Assembly: GCA_950097015.1 (NCBI GenBank)
Contig: CATNEN010000038.1
Span: 7,874,001 to 7,938,000 of the forward strand
DNA from: Macrostomum hystrix
Lineage: Eukaryota > Animalia > Platyhelminthes
Direction: 5' to 3'
DNA: 64,000 nt
Positions 40,301 through 50,819 of the stretch are shown here, piece after piece (position 1 is the first letter of the stretch; each line of letters begins with the position of its first letter). A model generated the notes under the pieces. That model searched no databases. It was not told the origin of the DNA and saw only the letters and a list, made by a program, of their open reading frames with translations. Both the position numbers and the translations under genes were made by a program.

Positions 40301-42928
40301 TGCACCTCGTCGAGCTGCTCAGGGGATGAAGTTGGGATGAAGTTGCTACGGTGGGCGTGATTAACTGCAGCGGGTCTTGGTTAGATACAGAAGGGATTTG
40401 GATTTAGGGGCAGGTGTTTACATGGCAGGTGATTAACGAGCGGCTCGCTAGACCCTCCTTCTGCACCTATAAATTATTTTTTTAACATTGGGTGCCGTTT
40501 AATCCTCCGTAATCTGTGCACAGACTCTCTTTGATGAATGAAATCGAAAATATTAATCTGATCAATATGCTACCCGGGAGCGGGTCGGCAGTCTCTCTGA
40601 GTACCTTCTAAGTATAGTCGGAACAGCAGACAAGCTGACAATTTCTGACGGAGTCAGCTCAGATGAGTGCTGATTTTCAATTCATCAACAAACTGCTTTT
40701 ACTTAGACCATTTATTTATGTGTGTGCCAGGTAGCTTGTGACCTGTGTGTGCCAGGTAGCTTGTGACCTGTGTGTGCCAGGTAGCTTGTGACCTGTGTGT
40801 GCCAGGTAGCTTGTGACCTGTGTGTGCCAGGTAGCTTGTGACCTGTGTGTGCCAGGTAGCTTGTGACCTGCGTGTGCCAGGTAGCTTGTGACCTGTGTGT
40901 GCCAGGTAGCTTGTGACCTGTGTGTGCCAGGTAGCTTGTGACCTGTGTGTGCCAGGTAGCTTGTGACCTGTGTGCCAGGTAGCTTGTGACCTGTGTGTGC
41001 CAGGTAGCTTGTGACCTGTGTGCCAGGTAGCTTGTGACCTGTGTGCCAGGTAGCTTGTGACCTGTGTGCCAGGTAGCTTGTGACCTGTGTGTGCCAGGTA
41101 GCTTGTGACCTGTGTGCCAGGTAGCTTGTGACCTGTGTGCCAGGTAGCTTGTGACCTGTGTGCCAGGTAGCTTGTGACCTGTGTGTGCCAGGTAGCTTGT
41201 GACCTGTGTGCCAGGTAGCTTGTGACCTGTGTGTGCCAGGTAGCTTGTGACCTGTGTGTGCCAGGTAGCTTGTGACCTGTGTGTGCCAGGTAGCTTGTAA
41301 CCTGTGTGTGCCAGGTAGCTTGTGACCTGTGTGTGCCAGGTAGCTTGTGACCTGTGTGTGCCAGGTAGCTTGTGACCTGTGTGTGCCAGGTAGCTTGTGA
41401 CCTGTGTGTGCCAGGTAGCTTGTGACCTGTGTGTGCCAGGTAGCTTGTAACCTGTGTGTGCCAGGTAGCTTGTGACCTGTGTGTGCCAGGTAGCTTGTGA
41501 CCTGTGTGTGCCAGGTAGCTTGTGACCTGTGTGTGCCAGGTAGCTTGTAACCTGTGTGTGCCAGGTAGCTTGTGACCTGTGTGTGCCAGGTAGCTTGTGA
41601 CCTGTGTGTGCCAGGTAGCTTGTGACCTTTGTGTGCCAGGTAGCTTGTGACCTGTGTGCCAGGTAGCTTGTGACCTGTGTGTGCCCGGTGCCTAAGAAGC
41701 TGTACCAGGTGCCTAAGAAGCTGTACCATGTACCTAAGAAGCTGTACCAGGTGCCTAAGAAGCTGTACCAGGTGCCTAAGAAGCTGTACCAGGTGCCTAA
41801 GAAGCTGTACCAGGTGCCTAAGGAGCTGTACCAGGTACCTAAGAAGCTGTACCATGTACCTAAGAAGCTGTACCAGCTGCCTAAGAAGCTGTACCAGGTG
41901 CCTAAGAAGCTGTACCAGGTGCCTAAGAAGCTGTACCAGGTACCTAAGAAGCTGTACCAGGTACCTAAGAAGCTGTACCAGGTGCCTAAGAAGCTGTACC
42001 AGGTACCTAAGAAGCTGTACCAGGTGCCTAAGAAGCTGTACCAGGTGCCTAAGAAGCTGTACCAGGTGCCTAAGAAGCTGTACCAGGTGCCTAAGAAGCT
42101 GTACCAGGTGCCTAAGAAGCTGTACCAGGTGCCTAAGGAGCTGTACCAGGTACCTAAGAAGCTGTACCATGTACCTAAGAAGCTGTACCAGCTGCCTAAG
42201 AAGCTGTACCAGGTGCCTAAGAAGCTGTACCAGGTGCCTAAGAAGCTGTACCAGGTACCTAAGAAGCTGTACCAGGTACCTAAGAAGCTGTACCAGGTGC
42301 CTAAGAAGCTGTACCAGGTGCCTAAGAAGCTGTACCAGGTGCCTAAGAAGCTGTACCAGGTGCCTAAGAAGCTGTACCAGGTGCCTAAGGAGCTGTACCA
42401 GGTACCTAAGAAGCTGTACCATGTACCTAAGAAGTTGTACCAGGTGCCTAAGAAGCTGTACCAGGTGCCTAAGAAGCTGTACCAGGTGCCTAAGAAGCTG
42501 TACCAGGTACCTAAGAAGCTGTAGCAGGTGCCTAAGAAGCTGTACCAGGTACCTAAGAAGCTGTACTAGGTGCCATACATATACTCGTACTTAAATATCC
42601 AAGCAGCAATGTCCCGGGTATTTGAGGAACAGCTTGCAAAGTACATATTTAAGCTGGGGCATCATGCAAGAATACCTTGAAATCAACTGCTAACTGATGC
42701 ATTTCTTATTGTCCCAAGCTGATTAGAAAAGTATAAATAATCAATATTCGCTATCTGAAACCCGCCAGTGGCATTGCGTGCATCATTTCCTGCGCACCCA
42801 CCAAGAAGACAATAGTTTATTGAAAAAAAATATCTGCTAACACAAACCTCAACTCACCAGGTAGTGCAGATTGTCAATCAGATTGCGAAATCTGGGCCTG
42901 CGCACTCTTAGTAAGTCTAGGCGACTCC

Positions 42929-42983
<55 letters not shown>

Positions 42984-43606
42984 AGTAACTGACGAGGCCT
43001 GGGTTGAATCGGTGAGAATTTTTCTATAGACAAAAAATTAATTTCGGCAACACATCGCCAAGGTGTCTGTCCGGTCCGCTTCATCAAACACTGCATTGGT
43101 TCGAGTGCTGGATTCTGCAAATTTCCTACTGACTAAAATTTCCCATCACTCCTTAAATCACTATTTCTGCAAGGGGAGAGTGCACAGATGCGTTTCTTAA
43201 TTACAGACAAGCATGCGAGATAAGTGCTAAAATTTTTTCTCTTATTTAGATCCCAATCTCAGATCCCATTCCCACATCCCAATCTCAGACCCTATTCTCA
43301 GATCCCATTCCCACATCCCAATCTCAGACCCTATTCTCACTGTCCAAGATACCAATCTCACTCTCCCAGATCCCAATCTCAGACCCTATTCTCACTGTCC
43401 AAGATACCAATCTCACTCTCCCACATCCCAATCTCAGACCCTATTCTCACTGTCCAAGATACCAATCTCACTCTCCCAGATCCCAATATCACTCTCACAG
43501 ATCCCAATCTCACTCTCACAGATCCCAATCTCACCCGGGCGCTGCTGAGTGACCGCCGGTCACCCCTAGCTGTTGGAGCGGTGCTAGATCGAGCAGCAGA
43601 CTCCAT
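31043..43606 (-). CDS. EFCAB6: Multi-EF-hand protein, EFCAB6-like
   Basis: Hand-spliced minus-strand exons: 43606-43535, 42998-42858, [uncertain exon(s) near 40669-40605], 40345-40028, 39175-39056, 37886-37704, 35877-35593, 34543-34407, 34332-34055, 32446-32358, 32245-32158, 31279-31043. EF-hand-like loops AFRHCDSSSDGTV, FLQEDAQRSGAVS, FAAFDSMGCGIV, AFRRCDPDRRNHV. The last exon (NWKPLIQAFRRCD...INYFKFVEML) resembles the EFCAB6 C-terminus from memory. The 5' structure is less certain. Confidence 0.72.
31302..32141. repeat. 20/21-bp minisatellite (atgattggtgggytctgtttc)n
   Basis: About 40 copies filling the last EFCAB6-like intron. Confidence 0.97.
32492..32998. repeat. 21-bp minisatellite (acaggtgtctcaatccctagc)n
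   Basis: Same family as the 30358 and 34587 arrays. Confidence 0.95.
33484..34020. repeat. 20-bp minisatellite (caactgaatcarctgacacc)n
   Basis: About 26 copies. Confidence 0.97.
34587..35565. repeat. 21-bp minisatellites (agacaggtgtctcaatctata)n then (agacaggtgtctgaatcactt)n
   Basis: Two homogenised sub-blocks in one intron. Confidence 0.96.
35883..36578. repeat. 12-bp minisatellite (gagtgagatgag)n
   Basis: About 57 copies abutting the 35878 acceptor. Confidence 0.97.
36970..37694. repeat. 20-bp minisatellite (ctcacrggtgacatcccaat)n
   Basis: About 36 copies abutting the 37703 donor. Confidence 0.97.
37967..38950. repeat. 21-bp minisatellite (aacggcgagakttwatacmcc)n
   Basis: About 46 copies. 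Confidence 0.96.
39240..39995. repeat. 11/12-bp repeats (cacacatctac[c])n then (cactactctacc)n
   Basis: Intron 39176-40027. Confidence 0.93.
40719..41686. repeat. 23/25-bp minisatellite (ccaggtagcttgtgacctgtgtg[tg])n
   Basis: About 39 copies. Confidence 0.97.
41687..42575. repeat. 21-bp minisatellite (ccaggtrcctaagaagctgta)n
   Basis: About 42 copies directly fused to the previous array. Confidence 0.97.
43248..43534. repeat. Degenerate (tcccaatctca) repeat, EFCAB6-like intron 1
   Basis: Begins at the minus-strand donor gtgagattgggatct. Confidence 0.85.
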
Positions 43607-43919
43607 GCCCGATGCCTTCAGCACGTTGAGCTTTTCGGATCGTCGGGCGCCTCTGCTCAGGTGAATATCGTTACGGAGCTCTTGGGAATTTTACGCTACC
43701 TGATCGGCTCAGCATGATTTTAACCCCGTCGCATTCTTGTATCCGTGAGAGTACAAGACACGGGACACAGCCACCACCCCAAATCATTGCTATCCGCAGT
43801 GCAACTAGCAGTCTTGCTGTGCCTTGCTGTGCGCTCAATAATTCATTGTGAATTCTTAGCAGAACAGCTCTGCATGCGCAGCGATCAACTAGCTGCTGCG
43901 CCTGATCTTAATCAGCTCG

Positions 43920-43933
43920 GTTGCTATGGAAAC
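43920..43933. promoter_or_regulatory. RFX X-box (GTTGCTATGGAAAC) upstream of the EFCAB6-like gene
   Basis: Exact fit to the X-box consensus GTYNCYATRGNAAC, about 315 bp from the ATG at 43606. Confidence 0.7.
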
Positions 43934-44161
43934 ATGCAGTGGAAACATGCTAGATTTAGTATTCATGATCCGTCTGATAGTCTGCAGATTGTCATATCCG
44001 CTCGTATCATATTTATAGACTTTACAGCGAACATAGCTTTTAATGGCCAGTTTACAAAGGGAAAACTGAATCTTACTGCAAGGCAGCTGGGATGAAAATA
44101 AGCTGGACCGGAATGTTGCGGTGAGGCAACCGATGTTTAATTATCTCGCGTTTGAGTTAAC

Positions 44162-44921
44162 GAGTTCCAGGTAAGACAGTGGAGTTCCACGCGAGGCAGG
44201 AAAGTTTCAGGTGAGACGGTAAAGTTTCATGTGAGACAGTAAAGTTTCAGGTGAGACAGGAAAGTTTCAGGTGAGACAGGAAAGTTTCAGGTGAGACCGG
44301 GGGGTTCCAGGGGAGACAATGGAGTTCTAGGTGAGACTGGAAAGTTTTAGGAAAGACAGGGGAGCTCCAGGGGAGACAATGAAGTTCCAGGGGAGACAAT
44401 GGAGTTCCAGGGGAGACAATGGAGTTCTAGGTGAGACTGGAAAGTTTTAGGAAAGACAGGGGAGTTCCAGGGGAGACAATGAAGTTCCAGGGGAGACAAT
44501 GGAGTTCCAGGGGAGACAATGGAGTTCCAGGGGAGACAATGGAGTTCCAGTTGAGACAGGGGAGTTCCAGGGGAGACAATGGAGTTCCAGGTGAGAACGG
44601 GGAGTTCCAGGGGAGACAATGGAGTTCCAGGGGAGACAATGGAGTTCCAGTTGAGACAGGGGAGTTCCAGGGGAGACAATGGAGCTCCAGGTGAGAACGG
44701 GGAGTTCCAGGGGAGACAATGGAGTTCCAGGGGAGACAATGGAGTTCCAGGGGAGACAATGGAGTTCCAGTTGAGACAGGGGAGTTCCAGGGGAGACAAT
44801 GGAGCTCCAGGTGAGACCGGGGAGTTCCAGGGGAGACAATGGAGTTCCAGGTGAGACCGGGGAGTTCCAGGTGAGACAGGAGAGTTCCAGGTGAGACAGG
44901 AGAGTTCCAGGTGAGACAGGA
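44162..44921. repeat. 20-bp minisatellite (ggagttccaggkgagacary)n
   Basis: About 38 copies. Confidence 0.95.
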
Positions 44922-47917
44922 CAGTGTGACAAGAAGTGCCAGTGCTGATTTGTGGCAGCGAAATCAAGCATTTAGAACATTTTTGAGTGCCATTCGGCTG
45001 TCAGACAAAATGCTCGTAGGCTAGACTAATAAGAGAAATAATTTCTTGTCTGAAATGTCTGAAGCTCAGAAAAAGTATCGTCATAGAGTATGCATGGACT
45101 CTGATATGCGTAGACATAAATATGGTTTTGTGTCGATTGCTAAATGGATCTAATGGAACTGGGCTACACATAACAATAATTAACAATTATGAGCTAAAAC
45201 ATGCACACATCATGTATTTCCGCCAGCGTACATTCAGAGATGTCCTGAATTTGAATATTCACTCGCGTGTAAAAACAAATTGTGCTTTTATGTGTATGTA
45301 GCTGGGGTATAGCTGGACATACTACAATTTGATTCTGACCACTTCCTTCATCAGCCAACCCACCAAGGACTAGTAAAGTAACGTTTATCATATTATTACA
45401 TGTAACGTGTATATAGTAAATTAAGGACTAGTTTAGTAGTCGTTGTTAACCATTGGCTGTTAAATGCGTGGATCTACGGGAAGAGTGCTATATGTAAATT
45501 AAGCCAGGTAAATTTTTGTTTGTCTGTATGTTGCGTCCTTATTCCTCCATGTCCATGGACTTAACGGCTGTACACAGCCTAATGGGATGCACCTCGCAAT
45601 AGATGCGACTCCGTCAATGACTGTAGAACTGGCCAAACTGGATTAGGTGGATAATAAAAAAGTACTTGTTGTGTGTACCATTGCCACAAAGTACCTCCAC
45701 AATGCCATTTTACATGAGTAGTATCTATACGGCACAGTAGTCGAAAATATAGACATATACGGCGATTCAGCATAGTTAATAGGATTAAAATACTTGCTAA
45801 CCGGCTAATACAATAACAATTTGTTCAATCGGCGTTGGTTGAAGATCGAGGCAAACTGTGCTCCGCAGGGGAGGAATCGATAAAAATATTAGTGCTTGAT
45901 CTTTAAACGAAAAGCCCAGGACACTACAAGAACACTCGAGCGCTGTGTGTGAGCTGCATGTGTAATTAAGGAGGCTGCAGTCAATCCGGTTGTGAACGCA
46001 AGCTGAGCAGGATTCCTGCTGATCTCTGCAATGACTATATATTCTGTGTAATATACAAGTTCATTAAGAATACTCCCTAGACTACTATCTAGAGGACACG
46101 AAATTAATAGGTTTCGTTCGCTTCGTTAAGTTCTAGCTATAGTTTGCCAATACTGGAGTAAAAAATGTATAGCGAAATTACATGGTCAAACTAGGCCTGC
46201 GATCCGCGAAATTGCTGCGATCGTAACGTCGGAAAACTAGAAAAGGCAGTCCTGAAATTTCATGTCTGTCCTATACTATTACTATGACTGCATATTCTGG
46301 GCTGCAATCATCGTGACAATTGCTTCAATATTTATAGGAGCCCGAGAACACGATGGATGAGGTTTTGGGAAAAGTTTTGGTAAATTGTCGTTTCTATGCT
46401 AGAATTTATCTTCCTATCTCCGATTCGAAGGCTAAGCGAACCACTGAGATTAGCACCGACGTTGACGATGACTTGAAAGTTTTATTGTACTCTTTCTAAT
46501 TTTTATACGGTTTTATGATCATTTTATAACACAGATTTATGTAGGGTTAACCATATTGCTAATAAATACTGACACTTAGACTCCATTTAAAATTATTATT
46601 TATTTTTTGTTTTGGAAGTATGCATTTATTAAATTAATAAGACAATACATTTAGCTTTACTTACACAATTTAGTGTCAACGATAACAATTTTTATATACT
46701 CGTACTTCTATTCAAGACCTTGGTCGTTGCAATTTTGTCAAAGTAATTTTTTCAAAAAAAAGAATATTCTTGCCTCCATAGCTCTAACAAGTTTTTTTCG
46801 TTGAATTAAAGTGTTTGACGACATATGTACGGAGATAAATTAATTTCGTGATTTGTATTAAGTATACTGAATTGGAGTTTAAACTATTTCATTTCACGCA
46901 GAAAGACATTGCTACAATAAGAAGACTTTATTTTATCATCACTCATTAAAAATAGCAGCTAAGAAAGGGGCATCATCTGAATTAAAAATATTTTTATTGC
47001 ATATATTATACAAATTATATACATAATAAAATATATTTTTTCATTAGTCAAGTAAAAATAAATTATGCTTTCTTTTGGTTTCCTCATAACCGGATGAGAA
47101 TCTTTGTAACTAGCTAACTGGCCTGTATAATATGAAATAAAGAATAAGAAAATATAAAGCGAGGGACTCATTAATTTACATTAATTTACATAAGATAGAT
47201 TAAGATCTATCTATCTTAAATTGCCTGTTGAATATGACACTCCAGTATATTAAAACGCAAAAAAGAGTTACAAGGGTAGCATTTTTATGCCAATATAAGT
47301 GTCTTTTAATTAGTCTAGTATATTACCTTTGCTAAACTATATAGATTATATTTTATAGAATGTTCAGGACTTCATAAAAAATTCATGATACAGTTTTTGC
47401 AGTATAATATTGTACTTAAATTGTATGCTTCAACTTTGTAATTTTTTTACATTTTAAGTTGAAAATAATGTGACTGTGATAACGAGCTGATTCGCTTTCT
47501 CTCAAGCAGAGTGAATTACAATTACTGGATGGCTTGGAAGTACAATAATTGTTGCTTATTTCTTTGTTTTACTCAGTTCTTACTGATTTCCTTCAAATCT
47601 ATATACTTAAAGTTTTCATAAAAAAAAACACTTATTTTTTTCTAGCTATTTTTTCTGGCTGCACATGCTTCAAAGTATTATAACTACACTACTACTTCAT
47701 AATACTATCATGAACACCCAAATAATTTAATTTTCTACAGCACAGTTTCTCCGAGCACCATTTTTCACTAATCTCTATCTCTATTATTTAGTCATTACAG
47801 TTTTCATCTTTAAAGTTCTGTCTGATTTAACACTGCATCAATTTCAAGCATTGCAGGTAAATTTCTGAAGCTTTTTTCTGCCGCTCAAACCTTGACTAGT
47901 ATCCCCAGCACTGAGCC

Positions 47918-49625
47918 ATGTCAACCAGGACTCGCAGCCAGCTAGCGCCCGCCTGCAGTCAGGAGGTGCTGTTAGCCCTCAAGTCGCAGTCGCGCAGTCT
48001 GTCGTTGAACCGAAAGCGCCTGCTGGAGGCTCCACCGGAGGCCAGCCGCCTGACCTTCCTTGCCCGCCTTGACCTGTCCTGCAACCAGCTGCGCGACCTG
48101 CCACTGGCTCTGGAGAGCCTCCAGCTGCTGCAGCACCTCAACCTGTCAGCCAACCAGTTTGCTGACCTGCCTCTGGTCCTGGCATCGTTCCCCAGACTGC
48201 AGTACTTGAACCTGTTCAACAACCGGCTGCGCCGTCTGGAGCCCGCCGTGCTGGGCTGCCTGACGAGCCTGAGAACTCTGAACCTCAACCAGAACTCACT
48301 GACTGCACTGCCGGCTGAGATCTGCCGACTGCAGCGGCTGACAACTCTGGCCGCCAACCGCAACCAGCTGACCGCCCTGCCTGTGGAACTGTGCGCCCTC
48401 GAACACCTTCAGGTCCTTCACCTGGCCTACAACCAGCTGGCCGCCTTGCCTCTTGAGTTCGGCTGCCTCGCCTCGCTGCGGGTGCTGCAGCTACAGCGGA
48501 ACTGCATAACGGAGCTGCCGGAGTCCGTTACACGCCTGCACAGCCTCGAGTATCTAGACGTGGCCTGCAACCGTCTGCAACTGCTTCCTGCCCGGTTTGC
48601 CGAGCTAAACCTTCGCGAGTTTTACTACGAGAGAAACCCGATGATTCGCCGAGAGCCTGTGCACAGCACGCAGGAGCAGGAGGCCCTCACACTCAGGGAG
48701 CTCTGCGCCCGGGCTATCATGCAGGAGCTGCGAAGTCGGACTTCGCCGCTTCGTGTCAGGCTTAAGGTTGACTTAATTTCGTCCTAATTTGTTTATTTTT
48801 TACCTCACATGTAGCCCAGTCTTTTACTTCACCCCCTGCCCCGTCTGTAATCTTTACAGCGATCTCACGACGGTTTTCTATGCAGCCACCTCACTCCCTG
48901 CCCCGACAGTTTTCTATGCAGCCACCTCACTCCCTGCCCCGACAGTTTTCTATGCAGCCACCTAACTCCCTGCCCCGACAGTTTTCTATGCAGCCACCTC
49001 ACACCCTGCCCCGACAGTTTTCTATGCAGCCACCTCACACCCTGCCCCGACAGTTTTCTATGCAGCCACCTCACTCCCTGCCCCGACAGTTTTCTATGCA
49101 GCCACCTCACACCCTGCCCCGACAGTTTTCTATGCAGCCACCTCACACCCTGCCCCGACAGTTTTCTATGCAGCCACCTCACTCCCTGCCCCGACAGTTT
49201 TCTATGCAGCCACCTCACTCCCTGCCCCGACAGTTTTCTATGCAGCCACCTCACACCCTGCCCCGACAGTTTTCTATGCAACCCCCTCACTCCCTGCCCA
49301 TCTGCTACATAGGCAGCCGTCCCCCCGATCATTCCATACACAGGCCTACCCACAGCTCCGCGAGCAGCTGTCGCAGTGCAGCCGATGCTCCGTGTGCGGC
49401 GGCGCCTTCCTGAACACCTGGCTCGAGTGTGTCCACTTTCAACCGTTTAGCCAGTCCGGCCGAGTGACAAAACTGGGCGATGACCTCGAGGACGATTCTG
49501 GCGATGTCGTCACAGCTGGTGGAAGCAGGGAGCAGCAGCCACGCTGGCTGCCAGTTCGAGTCCTGGTCTGCAGCTACAAGTGCTTTAATGCGCAGACTGA
49601 CTTCTTTGGGCTGGCCTTTATCTGA
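47918..49625 (+). CDS. LRRC69: Leucine-rich repeat protein LRRC69-like (about 376 aa)
   Basis: Exons 47918-48766 and 49344-49625 (phase 0). About 8 LRRs (LxxLxLxxNxL), then LTLRELCAR and a Cys motif CSVCGGAFLNTWLECVHF...LVCSYKCF characteristic of LRRC69. Confidence 0.85.
48874..49298. repeat. 36-bp minisatellite (ttttctatgcagccacctcacwccctgccccgacag)n
   Basis: About 12 copies in the LRRC69 intron. Confidence 0.96.
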
Positions 49626-49630
49626 GTATG

Positions 49631-50243
49631 CAGTTTACTGTTTACAGTTTACTGTTTACAGTTTACTGTTTACAGTTTACAGTTTACAGTTTACTGTTTA
49701 CAGTTTACTGTTTACAGTTTACTGTTTACAGTTTACAGTTTACTGTTTAATGTTTACAGTTTACTGTTTACAGTTTACTGTTTACAGTTTACTGTTTACA
49801 GTTTACTGTTTACAGTTTACAGTTTACAGTTTACTGTTTACAGTTTACAGTTTACTGTTTAATGTTTACAGTTTACTGTTTACAGTTTACTGTTTACAGT
49901 TTACTGTTTACAGTTTACTGTTTACAGTTTACAGTTTACTGTTTAATGTTTACAGTTTACTGTTTACAGTTTACTGTTTACAGTTTACTGTTTACTGTTT
50001 AATGTTTACAGTTTACTGTTTACAGTTTACTGTTTACAGTTTACAGTTTACTGTTTAATGTTTACAGTTTACTGTTTACAGTTTACTGTTTACAGTTTAC
50101 TGTTTACAGTTTACTGTTTACAGTTTACTGTTTACAGTTTACAGTTTACTGTTTACAGTTTACTGTTTACAGTTTACTGTTTACAGTTTACTGTTTACAG
50201 TTTACTGCTTACTGTTTACAGTTTACTGTTTACAGTTTACTGT
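49631..50243. repeat. 7/14-bp repeat (acagttt/actgttt)n
   Basis: Starts 6 bp after the LRRC69 stop. Confidence 0.97.
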
Positions 50244-50819
50244 TACTACAATATTATCTGCACAGATAGCAGATTAGCCGTTTTGATATATATTTTTTCC
50301 ACAAATTCAATTTATTTTTTCAATCTAAATTTTTGCAGTATACTTTTTCTCGTTTGCGATTTTACCATGACTAAACTGTTTATTTATATTTTTTATTGTT
50401 TACCCTACAAAAAGTTTAAATTTTTTACAGCTGACAGAAGAGAGGAATGTGTAGGCAAATAAATTCGAATTACTCTACTGAAATTGACATTGCACTGCTT
50501 AAATTTCAATTTATTTCGGGTACCTGAAAGCAGGTAAAAACTTGTTAACTGAAGAAATCCAACTAATTTGTGAGAAAAAGAACAAAAATGTGACGAGGTG
50601 TAAGTAAACAGAATGTTCAGAAAATGGGTATTAGATTTTTAGAATTTCAATTTGTTTTAATGTGCTGCCAATCCAACTATCAACTGCCACAATCACTGAG
50701 AGGCTGATGTCAAACAGTTCGTTGATTTTTATAAAAGTTTTCATTTCGAAAATGTACTTTTGATGACTGAAAAGCCTTGAACTATGAGATGGTATTCTAT
50801 TGTGAGTCTCCACAGACAC

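Noticed and set aside
30350-42594. Many repeat ORFs (IETPVLG, ETEPTNH, QVSESLR, MRSE, YTPTARF, QVPKKLY)
   Set aside because: All coincide with intronic or downstream minisatellites of the EFCAB6-like gene.
45000-47700. AT-rich stretches (also 9000-13500, 29600-30060, 52700-53900) with short ORFs, possible decayed TEs or exons
   Set aside because: No recognisable motifs, TIRs or consistent splice chain could be established by eye.
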